Positions 19,456 to 28,883 of a DNA stretch of 64,000 nucleotides are shown piece after piece. Numbering within the stretch: the stretch's first letter is position 1; each line of letters starts with the position of its first letter. Source of the stretch: Bdellovibrionales bacterium (GTDB lineage: Bacteria > Bdellovibrionota > Bdellovibrionia > Bdellovibrionales > UBA1609); NCBI GenBank assembly GCA_965116175.1, contig OZ220490.1:643548-707547 (forward strand). Direction: 5' to 3'. Made by a program: the position numbers and the translations under genes. Below the pieces are notes generated by a model that was not told the origin of the DNA, did no database searches, and saw only the letters and a list, made by a program, of their open reading frames with translations.

Positions 19456-19541
19456 TTACATATTTTATATTAAATTTTCTTAAACAGGTTAATTTGAACC
19501 CAAAAAAAGCAAAGCTTTTTATAAAATGAAAGGGCTAAATC

Positions 19542-20597
19542 ATGGTTTTTGAAGCTTTGGATAAAAAGAATAGAGATCATGAGCAAGTTTTCTTTTGTTC
19601 CAGTATTGATACAGGCCTTAAAGCTATTATAGCTATCCACAGCACAAGTTTAGGCCCCGCTTTAGGCGGCTGTCGTATGTATAAATATCATACAGAACAG
19701 CAGGCCTTAGAGGATGTTCTCCGCCTTTCAGAAGCTATGAGTTATAAAGCGGCTATGGCGGATTTAAAGCTTGGCGGCGGGAAATCGGTTATTATAGGTG
19801 ATCCTGATGAGGATAAAACACCAGAGCTTTTATGGTCTTTTGGCACTCATGTAGAGTATCTTCATGGCAGGTATGTTGTGGCCAAGGATATGGGCATCAC
19901 TGTGGAGGATTTACAATATATTGGTGATCAAAGCTCCTATGTGGTAGGCCGGCCTGTGGAGAGAGGAGGTGTGGGTGACCCCAGCCGATCTACAGCTAAA
20001 GGTGTATATTACGGCATCAAGGAGGCTGTTAAGAGCAAATTAAAGAGAGATTCTCTAAAAGGCATTAAAGTTGTTATTCAAGGGCTTGGTGCTGTAGGCT
20101 ATAACCTTGTAGAGTTTTTGGCTCAAGCCAAGGCAGAGCTTTTGGTTTATGATGTTAAAGAATCTGCTGTAAAAAAAGTTCAATCCATATTTCCCAATGT
20201 TAAAATTATTTCTGATGAAGAGGTTTTCACCTCATCTTGTGAGGTCTTTTCCCCTTGCGCCATAGGGGCTATAATCAATGAGGAAAGCATAAAAAAGTTG
20301 AATTGCCCTATTATTGCAGGAGGGGCAAACAATCAATTAAGTTCATTGTCTATAGGCCAAAAATTGGCTGATAAAGGCATACTTTATATACCTGACTTTA
20401 TTATAAATTGTGGTGGCTTGATTTATGTTTCCTCTTATCTCACTCCTAAAAAATCCAATGAATGGATTGAAAAGAAACTTAGAGGTATACCTCGTACAAT
20501 AAAAAAAGTTTGTGAATTTTCTCAGAATGAGGGGGTAGAGCCTGCAGAGATGGCCTTAAGTTTGGCAAAAAATAGAATAAAAAAACAAATATATTGA
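19542..20597 (+). CDS. Leu/Phe/Val (Glu/Leu family) amino-acid dehydrogenase, leucine dehydrogenase-like
   Basis: 351 aa. Catalytic-Lys region ADLKLGGGKSVIIGDP. Rossmann motif IQGLGAVGYNL. Confidence 0.85.
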   Translation: MVFEALDKKNRDHEQVFFCSSIDTGLKAIIAIHSTSLGPALGGCRMYKYHTEQQALEDVLRLSEAMSYKAAMADLKLGGGKSVIIGDPDEDKTPELLWSFGTHVEYLHGRYVVAKDMGITVEDLQYIGDQSSYVVGRPVERGGVGDPSRSTAKGVYYGIKEAVKSKLKRDSLKGIKVVIQGLGAVGYNLVEFLAQAKAELLVYDVKESAVKKVQSIFPNVKIISDEEVFTSSCEVFSPCAIGAIINEESIKKLNCPIIAGGANNQLSSLSIGQKLADKGILYIPDFIINCGGLIYVSSYLTPKKSNEWIEKKLRGIPRTIKKVCEFSQNEGVEPAEMALSLAKNRIKKQIY

Positions 20598-20780
20598 TTG
20601 TCCCCCCTCTTTTACTCTAATGAGGACAATTATATACTCTTTCATCTTGAAGAGTTTAAAATTCAAAAGGGATCGGTATAACAAATTTCATGTTCATATT
20701 GCATAAAGCTTGAAAATAGAAAAAAATCAGAGTAAGTAAAAAGTTGATTTTACAAAACTTTTGCTTAAAAACAGATAATT

Positions 20781-21515
20781 ATGTTTAAAAATATCAACCC
20801 AGAGCAAATTGCTTTTTGGCTGAAAAAACATTTAAAAAAGATTTTATTTGTTTTTTCTCTTATGACTTTGTTGGCTTTGGCTTTTATTGGCTGGAGTGAG
20901 TGGAGAAAAAAAGAGGAAACAAAAATTCAAAATTCTCTTTATGAATATCAGGAGGCTTTAAATAAACTTAGAGAAAGGATAGAGGTGGACAAAAAGAATA
21001 CACTTGATTTTTTAATAGAATCTGATGAAAAGAAATTTGTTCCCACTGAGGAAATGAAAAAGAAGGCGGATCTTTATGAAAGGGCCATAACACAACATCA
21101 AAGCTACCAGGCTTCTGCTGTTTTTGCCATTGATTTGGCTGACTTTTATTATGAATATGGGGAAATAGAAAAGGCCAAGGAGCTTTTGTTGCTTTTTGCC
21201 TTTCCTAAAAAAGCTTCAAACATTTATCACTTGGCCTCTTTTCAGTTGGCCTCTTATTATATGGATGAAAAGGACTGTGAAAAGGCCTTAGCTCTTTTGG
21301 AAGCTTTAAGCCTTAACGAAAAAGCGGAATATATGCACCTGGAGAGTCACTTGCAGCAGGCTCTTTGCTTGGAGCATTTAAAACATTATGAACAGGCTTT
21401 AAGAAAATACGAAGATATTTTAAATAAGGATCCTGAGGGTTACACGGGTCGTCTGGCTCGGGATTACAAAAAAATACTGATATTAAATAAAAATTCTGCA
21501 AGAAAAGAAAAATGA
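20781..21515 (+). CDS. Membrane-anchored TPR protein, YfgM-like
   Basis: N-terminal TM segment followed by TPR-like helices. It sits immediately upstream of, and overlaps, a BamB-like gene, as in the yfgM-bamB arrangement of E. coli. Confidence 0.55.
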   Translation: MFKNINPEQIAFWLKKHLKKILFVFSLMTLLALAFIGWSEWRKKEETKIQNSLYEYQEALNKLRERIEVDKKNTLDFLIESDEKKFVPTEEMKKKADLYERAITQHQSYQASAVFAIDLADFYYEYGEIEKAKELLLLFAFPKKASNIYHLASFQLASYYMDEKDCEKALALLEALSLNEKAEYMHLESHLQQALCLEHLKHYEQALRKYEDILNKDPEGYTGRLARDYKKILILNKNSARKEK

Positions 21516-22627
21516 AAAAAATAATTATTGTTTTATCGGCATTGTTTTGTTTGGGTTGGACCTGGGATGATTTTTCAATTAAAAGAGAGCCTCTTCCTCC
21601 CTTAAAGCTGAAGACTGTATGGACAATCTCTGTTATTGGAGATGGTATATTAAGACCACGGTTTGAACATGGCAGTCCGCCTTTAATTGCAGGAGATATT
21701 GTTGTTCAGGGAAATCTCATCAATGGGATAAAAGCTTATCAAAAAGATAAGGGTCGCTTGCTTTGGAGTTTTAAAATTCAGCCTGGAGCAGCTGGTCCTA
21801 TACTCTTGTATAAAGGGAATCTTTATTTTGGCGGGGCCGATGGTTTTTTTTACAGTGTAGAGTTAACAACAGGCCAGTTGAATTGGAAGTTTTGGACAGG
21901 TTCAGAAAATTTAAGCGCTCCTCTTATTCATGAGGATAAAATTTATTGGACAACAAATGATCAAAAGATTTACGCTGTTTCTCTGGAAGGCCAGAAAATT
22001 TGGATTTACTCTGTTCCTATTTCTGTTAAATCAAAGGATTTTATAGTTCGGGGCCGTCCTCGTCCTTCAGCTTATAAAAATTTATTATATACAGCTTTTT
22101 ATCCAGGTCATTTGCTGGCTTTGGATAAAGATACTGGCAAATTAAAGTGGAAAGTCCAACTCTCTTCCTCTCATTCTGTAAGGGAAGACCTGGCAATCAG
22201 CAGAAACTGTTTATTTGTTCCTGTTTTTGATTTTTATCTATTTTGTTTAAAACCCTTAAATGGAAAAGTTGTTTGGAAAACAAAAGGAGGCTCATCTTCT
22301 TATTTAACAGGAGATTCTGTAATTTATCAATTCCATAATGGGACACTTTATGCTTTAGAAAAATTTAATGGAAAAGTTATTTGGGAGAAAAAAATAAAAA
22401 AGGATGTTTTGCCTCTTCCAGTAACCCCTTTTAAGAATTATCTTATTTATGGATCCTCTTCAAAGGGAAAATTAACTTTTGCAAGCTCTAAAACAGGGGA
22501 GACTCTTTTAGAACACAAGTTTGGCAGAGGTCTTTCAGCCCCTGTGAGCATTGATGAAAAAAGCAGAAATATTTACTTTTTCTCTATTGATGGCTATCTC
22601 CACAAACTGTCTGTCTTAATAAATTAA
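21512..22627 (+). CDS. PQQ-like beta-propeller repeat protein, BamB-like
   Basis: 371 aa with a signal peptide. Repeated G.LY...DG.lyAld...G...W units. 4-bp ATGA overlap with the upstream gene. Confidence 0.65.
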   Translation: MKKIIIVLSALFCLGWTWDDFSIKREPLPPLKLKTVWTISVIGDGILRPRFEHGSPPLIAGDIVVQGNLINGIKAYQKDKGRLLWSFKIQPGAAGPILLYKGNLYFGGADGFFYSVELTTGQLNWKFWTGSENLSAPLIHEDKIYWTTNDQKIYAVSLEGQKIWIYSVPISVKSKDFIVRGRPRPSAYKNLLYTAFYPGHLLALDKDTGKLKWKVQLSSSHSVREDLAISRNCLFVPVFDFYLFCLKPLNGKVVWKTKGGSSSYLTGDSVIYQFHNGTLYALEKFNGKVIWEKKIKKDVLPLPVTPFKNYLIYGSSSKGKLTFASSKTGETLLEHKFGRGLSAPVSIDEKSRNIYFFSIDGYLHKLSVLIN

Positions 22628-22654
22628 CGGAACAGTTATTTTGCTTCATTAAAC

Positions 22655-22710
22655 TGTACTAGTTACGACTTGATCTGACACCTGTTGAAAAAAGCAGGGT
22701 TACCCGTTTT
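22655..22710 (+). mobile_element. Solo terminal fragment (~56 bp) of the same IS481-family element
   Basis: TGTACTAGTTACGACTTGATCTGACACCTGTTGAAAAAAGCAGGGTTACCCGTTTT matches the rc of the transposase-proximal end of the intact IS (9128-9183) with a few mismatches. No transposase follows. Confidence 0.65.
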
Positions 22711-22867
22711 TTAGTTTTCTAATTGCTTTTTCAGATAAACCTGTCACTTTGGAAATGAAAGCAATATCCGCTTTTTCTTTCAGCATGTTTAAAATAACTT
22801 GATTTTGGCCTTCCTTCCAGCCTTCACAACGGCCTTTCTCTTTAATAATTTCTCTTACATCTTGCAT
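22700..22867 (-). CDS. Small ORF (55 aa) resembling the C-terminal tail of Rpn/YhgA-like (DUF4351-type) proteins
   Basis: Manual translation: MQDVREIIKEKGRCEGWKEGQNQVILNMLKEKADIAFISKVTGLSEKAIRKLKNG. RBS AAGGAGA lies 7 nt upstream. The last codons and the stop lie inside the IS-end fragment. Below the ORF-track size cutoff. Confidence 0.35.
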   Translation of the reverse strand: MQDVREIIKEKGRCEGWKEGQNQVILNMLKEKADIAFISKVTGLSEKAIRKLKNG

Positions 22868-23135
22868 AAGTTCTCCTTGTTTTAATATCCCCTTTTTTAT
22901 AAGCCGCTTTTCAGCTTGTTCCCATATCTTTAAAATCTAAATCTGTATTATCATTCAAATAAGATGAGGTCAGCTCTTTTACTTCAAAAGTGTCTTTTTC
23001 TATTTCAGGGTTTTACCCTTAAAAAGCTAGCTGCGGGTATAATCCTATTTATAATTTGATTGGAGAATTTTTATTTATCAGATGAAATGAAAATGCAGAA
23101 GAAAGAAATTTCAAAGTAAGATATAGCACAAAAAA

Positions 23136-23558
23136 TTAAATTGTGAAATTTTCCACATAGTGCTTAACAAAAACAATCATTCCCAACAGTATGATAATAG
23201 CTCCATAAACAAATCTAAACCAGGAATTTAAAATCAGGACAGAGGATTTTTTGGTTATTTTTGTGAGTAATCTGGGAAAAAACAACCATAAACTGGATTT
23301 TATTGTTATAATCCAACCTATAAGAGTGACAATAATTGCCGGATTTAAATACCAATCATTGTGAACAGAAACAGTAATAAGCCCTAAAATGAGAAACATA
23401 GAGGCTGTGAGGTAGATTAAAATTTCGTTCTTTTCTATGTTTGTGAAGGCATTATAAAAGGATTGGACAATATGTTTATTGATTATAAGGCTCAAACCCC
23501 AAATAATTAGAGAGCTTGCAACCACAACTTCAACCAAGGAATACATATCTATTACCAT
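23136..23558 (-). CDS. Small integral membrane protein (4 predicted TM segments), hypothetical
   Basis: 140 aa, strongly hydrophobic, no recognised motif. Confidence 0.5.
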   Translation of the reverse strand: MVIDMYSLVEVVVASSLIIWGLSLIINKHIVQSFYNAFTNIEKNEILIYLTASMFLILGLITVSVHNDWYLNPAIIVTLIGWIITIKSSLWLFFPRLLTKITKKSSVLILNSWFRFVYGAIIILLGMIVFVKHYVENFTI

Positions 23559-23981
23559 GTTAAACCTATTTTCTTAAGGTTTATTGTCTGCTTGGGAAGT
23601 TTTAAACACTTGGAATAAAGCAACTCAACTTATATGAAAACCCAAACAGAAACCTTATTTAACAGTAAAACAATATTTTTAATAGCTGTCAAAAAAAATA
23701 AAAATATTGTGAAATAACAGCTCAATAAAGGCTATTTAGATTTTAAGATCAAATTTTTTAAACTTTCATTATTAAGCAAATCCTCTTTTAGAAATTGAAA
23801 ATCAGGGTTTTTTTAGAATTATTAAGGTTTGAAAAAAAGCCCTAACTATCAAGGGCAGAGTTTTCCTGAAAAATCAATAATTAAAAAACCCAGCCCTTAA
23901 TCCAGATTTAATGAAATATTTTTTAACTTTTCCTAAAGTCCTACCGATTAACTTCTTAGAAAAAAATATAAGGAGAAAAAT

Positions 23982-25214
23982 ATGCCATATCTATTATCCC
24001 TTTTTACATTATTATTTTTACTCAGCGCTTGCTCAAGTTCGAAGCTTGGCTCTCTTGGTGAAGATGATGAATCTGTGATACAGCCTTCTGAAGAAAACCC
24101 TGTTTCTGAAGCACTTGAGCCTGAAGTGACAGAAAACCCTGAAACAGAATTGCAAGATCATGTTCGGCAGGAGTTGGATAATGAAGGACGGAAAATAAAG
24201 GAAATTAGGGGAAATGCTAAAATTATACAAAAGATTGGAATAAAGAATTTTGATAAGGAAAAAGATGGAGATAGCTCTACTATTATTGCTGTTAATCAGA
24301 ATATTGAGGAAGAAGGTAAAGGCACTGTAAGAGTGACTGTGGGGGCTTCTGATACGGAACTTGAAGCTGGGGCATCTAATGTGGAAGTTACAGTAGACAA
24401 TGGTCAGGTGACAGTGGCAACTGGAGGTTCAAATGATACATCTCCTGTTATAAGCGCAGCAGCAGAACATATTGGTGAGGCAGAAGCTGCAGAACGAGGC
24501 CCCGCCGCTATTGTCACAGCAGAAGAAATCCCTGAAAAGAAATTTGACCTCTTATTTTATATAGAGACAAGAAAATCACCATGTCTTAAAACAGTGAGAA
24601 CTTATGCTAATAATTATGGTTTTATGGAACATCTTGAAGAGGGTTTACATTGGCAGGTTGCCTTCTCCTTTTATTCCACTAAAGCCAACCTAATTCCTTT
24701 GGCAGAATATAATAATGGACAAAATTATAATTCAGGAACTTTTTGGAAAAGAAAGACAGATTATGTTTTAGATAAATGGAGTCATGATACTGCAGTGTTA
24801 AGGAAGAAATTATTTGTAAGCACTTTAAAGGAAGTCAATGTTTCTCCAAACATGCGCTCTGGCAGCTCTCTTCACAATAAAAATCCTAACCATGATGGAT
24901 CATCTGTACAGGATTTTCTTGCAGGTTTGAATAAAATTTTAAATGGTGAAGCTGAAGGATTTATCAGAGAAGATTCCAAGGTGGTTGTCTTGATTTTTGG
25001 TTGGGACTTTTCCTTTTATACTGCTCAGGAATGGGAGGAATTTTTTACGAAACATAAGGATGTCAGTTTCATTGTTGCAGCTTCACGAAAGGCTAATAAC
25101 TCTAATATTAGGGCTTTAGACAGTGGAAAATATGATTTTCAATATGTCCCTGCATGTGAATACAAGAAATCTCCTGAGAGGTTGATAAAGGCTATCAGAG
25201 GTAAAGTGATTTAA
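23982..25214 (+). CDS. Hypothetical lipoprotein with acidic N-terminal linker
   Basis: RBS AAGGAGA. Lipobox LLSAC. Glu/Val/Thr-rich low-complexity region followed by a globular C-terminal half. Confidence 0.6.
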   Translation: MPYLLSLFTLLFLLSACSSSKLGSLGEDDESVIQPSEENPVSEALEPEVTENPETELQDHVRQELDNEGRKIKEIRGNAKIIQKIGIKNFDKEKDGDSSTIIAVNQNIEEEGKGTVRVTVGASDTELEAGASNVEVTVDNGQVTVATGGSNDTSPVISAAAEHIGEAEAAERGPAAIVTAEEIPEKKFDLLFYIETRKSPCLKTVRTYANNYGFMEHLEEGLHWQVAFSFYSTKANLIPLAEYNNGQNYNSGTFWKRKTDYVLDKWSHDTAVLRKKLFVSTLKEVNVSPNMRSGSSLHNKNPNHDGSSVQDFLAGLNKILNGEAEGFIREDSKVVVLIFGWDFSFYTAQEWEEFFTKHKDVSFIVAASRKANNSNIRALDSGKYDFQYVPACEYKKSPERLIKAIRGKVI

Positions 25215-25237
25215 AATTAAGATAGAAAAAAGATTGC

Positions 25238-25268
25238 AAAAAAGCCGAGGCGAAACTTCGGCTTTTTT
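25238..25268. terminator. Bidirectional intrinsic terminator between convergent genes
   Basis: AAAAAA-GCCGAGG-CGAAA-CTTCGGC-TTTTTT: a 7-bp stem (one G-U pair) and 5-nt loop, flanked by an A-run and a T-run. Confidence 0.65.
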
Positions 25269-25977
25269 ATGTTTGATCTTTGTTTTTTTCCAAAAATTCC
25301 ACTGTGGAAGGAAGACTTTTTAAAGTATTTTTGATTTTTTTGTTTTCCTTTTCATCTTCTTTATAGGGAATTTTTATATCTGTTTGAAAAAAACCCTTGG
25401 AGACAGATTGTAAGTCCTCTTCTTTTTCTATAGGCTTTTTATCCCTAAAAAGCTCCTCAATTTCTTCTTGAGAGGGAAGGTCTTTTAGACTTTCAAATCC
25501 AAAAGTTTCCAGAAATTTACGGCTTGTTTTATAAAGCAGAGGTTTTCCGGGAAAATCACTTTTTCCTGCCGGGCAGATAAGCTCTTTTTCAATAAGAGTT
25601 TTTAAAAGGTGACCTGAATCCACACCACGAATTTCATCAATCTTTATTTTTGAGCAGGGCTGTTCAAAAGCAATAATGGCCAGGGCTTCAAGACTGGGGC
25701 GTGAAAGCCGGAAAGTGTTTTGTGGCTTGATTTTTAGGAGATAGTCCTTGTTTTCCACTTTTGTTCTTAACTGCCAGCCTTTGTTGATTTTTTCAAGTTG
25801 GAGTCCTCTCTCTTCTCTGTTATAGGAATCTTTAAATTCTTCAATAAGGCTTTTTAGCTCTTCAGAAGAAATTTTGCCTTCAAATACATTTTGAAAATCT
25901 GAAAAAGACCTGGGTTCATGACTCATAAATAAAAGGCTTTCCATAACAGAAAAAGCTTTTTCCTTGGAAATTTTCAT
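25267..25977 (-). CDS. scpB: Segregation and condensation protein B
   Basis: The N-terminal VMESLLFMSHEP pattern and IDEIRGVDSGHLLKTLIEKELI winged-helix pattern are typical of ScpB. It lies downstream of scpA. Confidence 0.85.
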   Translation of the reverse strand: MKISKEKAFSVMESLLFMSHEPRSFSDFQNVFEGKISSEELKSLIEEFKDSYNREERGLQLEKINKGWQLRTKVENKDYLLKIKPQNTFRLSRPSLEALAIIAFEQPCSKIKIDEIRGVDSGHLLKTLIEKELICPAGKSDFPGKPLLYKTSRKFLETFGFESLKDLPSQEEIEELFRDKKPIEKEEDLQSVSKGFFQTDIKIPYKEDEKENKKIKNTLKSLPSTVEFLEKNKDQT

Positions 25978-26142
25978 TGTTCAACTCCTTATGTGTTCTC
26001 AGTTTAATTAGTTAAACTTTAGCCTATAAAATGTTTTTGTATACTGATCTCACTTTAAATTTTAAAATGTTTGTATTTCTGTTATAAAATCTTTTTCAAT
26101 TAAAATACGCTCAAAATTTCTCTAAAAAACAGTATGCTAAAA

Positions 26143-26973
26143 TCAAAGCAGGGCCTGTTGTCTGTTAAACTCTTTTGAATCTTCTGGTTCTTCTTCATTT
26201 GAAAATTCTTTTATAGACTCTTCTGTAACGGATTTTTTGACGAATATTTCTATATTTGAAAACAAATGTCTTTGGAAAAGGGAAATAAACCCCGCTTTTG
26301 ATAGCTCTAAAACAGAAAGAAAACTCAGCAATTGGCTATATCGTTCTTTATGGATCAGAACAAGCTGATTAAATTTTAACTTTGCCCCTATTGTAAAAAC
26401 TTCTGCTATATGCCTTAGACGATGTAAAAAATGGGGGATGGGTCTATGGATTTTATAATTCTTCTTGGTTTTTCGGCTTATAAGGCTTTGATGATAAACC
26501 TGCATAAGCTCAAGTCCTCCTTTTTCTTTGTCAATTTCTATTTTTTTTATTGGAGTTTTTAAGTTTAAAAATCTATGACTTTTCCAGCAGTCTCTGCCCA
26601 GAAGAGCTCGTGAGTATAAAAGCTCTCCCGCTTTTTGGAATTTTTGATAAGTTAATAAAAGAAGTGATAAATTGTGTTTTAACTCCTCAACATCCTGAGC
26701 TTCCTCTTCCTGCTCCTCTTTAGGGAGAAGGTTTTTGGATTTGATATAGAGGAGAATGCTGGCCATGCGGATAAAATCTCCAGCCATCTCTAAATCTGGG
26801 CTGCCTGCTCGCTTTACATATTCCACATATTGACGGGTGATTTTATATATATCAATTTCAAAAATATCCATTTCCTGTTTGCGGACAAGCTGTAACAGAA
26901 GATCTAAGGGGCCGGAGTAATTCTCAAGCTTAACAAAAGAAGATTGGTAAGAGTTATTCATGGCCCTGCTCAT
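26143..26973 (-). CDS. scpA: Segregation and condensation protein A
   Basis: YSGPLDLLLQLVRKQEMDIFEIDIYKITRQY is the hallmark ScpA N-terminus. Confidence 0.85.
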   Translation of the reverse strand: MSRAMNNSYQSSFVKLENYSGPLDLLLQLVRKQEMDIFEIDIYKITRQYVEYVKRAGSPDLEMAGDFIRMASILLYIKSKNLLPKEEQEEEAQDVEELKHNLSLLLLTYQKFQKAGELLYSRALLGRDCWKSHRFLNLKTPIKKIEIDKEKGGLELMQVYHQSLISRKTKKNYKIHRPIPHFLHRLRHIAEVFTIGAKLKFNQLVLIHKERYSQLLSFLSVLELSKAGFISLFQRHLFSNIEIFVKKSVTEESIKEFSNEEEPEDSKEFNRQQALL

Positions 26974-27078
26974 TTTTTATAAGAACCATTATAGGTCATA
27001 TTGGGAATGCAGGCAAAGGTTGTATTATTTTTATTCATAAAATAGTCTGGTTTGGTATTTAGGCTTTTTATATAACGA

Positions 27079-27771
27079 TCAGTTAAAAAAATTCATCAAA
27101 AAATTGGAAGTCCATTGGGATAGGAGAATTAAGCTTTGAGAAATTGAAAATATGGGTTTTGCAAGATAATGAAAGCCTCCAAGAACAATTAAGGCTATAA
27201 GAATCATATAGCTGTAGTTCTGGTTTGCTGAAAGAAAAAGGTTCCATCTTATAGGGAGAAAGCGGGCCATCACTTTAGCTCCATCCAGTGGGTGTAGAGG
27301 GATGAGGTTAAAGACAGCCAGAAGAATGTTGACATAAATCAGCATTTCCAGCATGGAGAAAAGAGCCTTGCTTTCAGGAAGAATATTTAAAAAAGTGATT
27401 GTATAGAAAATAGCCAGACAAAAAGCCCCAATAATAGCCAGAAAAAAATTAGACAGAGGTCCTGCAAAGGCCACCCAGAACATATCTTTTTTTGGATTTT
27501 GAAAAGCTCTGGAGTCAACAGGCACAGGTTTTGCCCAGCCGAAAAATACAGGGGAATTGGTAAATAAAAAAATCAGGGGTAAAATAAGAGTTCCCAGATA
27601 ATCAATATGGACTATAGGATTTAATGTCAGCCGCCCATTGTAAAAGGCTGTCATATCTCCTAGTTTTTTTGCAGTCCAGCCATGTGCAAACTCGTGGATG
27701 CAAAGAGAAAAAAGCAGGGGGAGATAAAATAAAAAAACTTTTGATATAAAATCTGCAAATGGTTCTGACAT
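27079..27771 (-). CDS. Site-2 protease family (peptidase M50) membrane metalloprotease
   Basis: HEFAHG (HExxH) in TM1 and NLIPLHPLDG (NxxPxxxLDG). Polytopic. Confidence 0.8.
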   Translation of the reverse strand: MSEPFADFISKVFLFYLPLLFSLCIHEFAHGWTAKKLGDMTAFYNGRLTLNPIVHIDYLGTLILPLIFLFTNSPVFFGWAKPVPVDSRAFQNPKKDMFWVAFAGPLSNFFLAIIGAFCLAIFYTITFLNILPESKALFSMLEMLIYVNILLAVFNLIPLHPLDGAKVMARFLPIRWNLFLSANQNYSYMILIALIVLGGFHYLAKPIFSISQSLILLSQWTSNFLMNFFN

Positions 27772-27885
27772 AATCTTTCCTCTTTATATAATTACACTAT
27801 ATTGACTCTGTTTGAAAGCTGTGGTTTTTATGTTTTATTTTTTGGATGAGTGTAGTCATAACAATTTATACAAAAACTCAAGTTT

Positions 27886-28740
27886 TCAAACAGAATCAGT
27901 ACAAGTGTATTTAGCCAGCTGGAATCCATTTTTAATCAGCATGGCTATTGTCATTGGACCTACACCGCCTGGAACAGGTGAAAAAGCAAATAGGTGATTC
28001 TCCAACCCCTCTGCCCGAACATCTCCAAAAAGCTTATTATTTACTCTATGGATGCCCACATCCACAACAGCAGCGCCTTTTTTAAAATCCTCTTTGCCAA
28101 CCAGCCTCTTTTTGCCGGCGCAGGCTACAACAATATCAGCCTGCTTGCAAATTTCTGACAAGTTTTTTGTATAAGAGTGGCATAAAGTTACAGTGGCTTG
28201 ATGAGCTGTCAACTGTTGGAACATAGGAAGACCTACAATCTGGCTTCGTCCAATTACAACAGCTTGTTTTCCCTCAATAAGGACTTTATAATGTTTCAGC
28301 AAAACCATCACCCCTTGAGGTGTGCAGGGGACAACTCTCGGAGAGCCTGACCATAAAAGAGCTTTGTTTTCCATTGTCAGTCCGTCAACATCTTTTTTAG
28401 GGTCAATCCAGGATAAAACATCCTCTTCATTAAGAGAGGAGGGAAGGGGAAGTTGAACCAAAATTCCATGAATGTTTTTATTTGCATTCAACTCATCAAG
28501 TTGTTTTTTGAGCGTTGTTTTTGAAGTAGAAGCCGGCAGTTGTTTTAAAACAGAATGAAAACCCACCTGCTTGCAGGCTTTGATTTTGTTTTTGACATAA
28601 ATTTCACTGGCAGGGTTGTCACCAATAAGGATAACAGCCAAGCCAGGGACAAAAGAATGTTCTTTTTTAAAGCTCTGAACCTCAACAGAAATTTGTTGAA
28701 AGATTTTTTGGCTAAGGCTCTTTCCATCTAAAAGCGTCAT
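27886..28740 (-). CDS. folD: Bifunctional methylenetetrahydrofolate dehydrogenase/methenyl-THF cyclohydrolase
   Basis: 284 aa. Motifs YVKNKIKAC, GRSQIVGLP and PVPGGVGPMTIAML. Confidence 0.9.
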   Translation of the reverse strand: MTLLDGKSLSQKIFQQISVEVQSFKKEHSFVPGLAVILIGDNPASEIYVKNKIKACKQVGFHSVLKQLPASTSKTTLKKQLDELNANKNIHGILVQLPLPSSLNEEDVLSWIDPKKDVDGLTMENKALLWSGSPRVVPCTPQGVMVLLKHYKVLIEGKQAVVIGRSQIVGLPMFQQLTAHQATVTLCHSYTKNLSEICKQADIVVACAGKKRLVGKEDFKKGAAVVDVGIHRVNNKLFGDVRAEGLENHLFAFSPVPGGVGPMTIAMLIKNGFQLAKYTCTDSV

Positions 28741-28883
28741 TATAAAATTCCTCTTTGTTATTTCTCTATATCACCTGCTTTTAAAATGACAAGCTTTTTC
28801 ACACTGCGCCTATTTCTTTGACAGCAACCGGCTAAAAAACAAAAGTTTTTGTAATTCCTAAAAAAACATTTAAAATTTTTTTT

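Noticed and set aside
23670-23710. 12-bp-arm inverted repeat ACAATATTTTTA-N17-TAAAAATATTGT between divergent genes
   Set aside because: It is almost pure A/T. In DNA this AT-rich such dyads arise easily by chance, and there is no supporting second copy.
27812-27997. 61-aa plus-strand ORF overlapping the folD 3' end
   Set aside because: It lies opposite a strongly supported folD coding region and has no motif.
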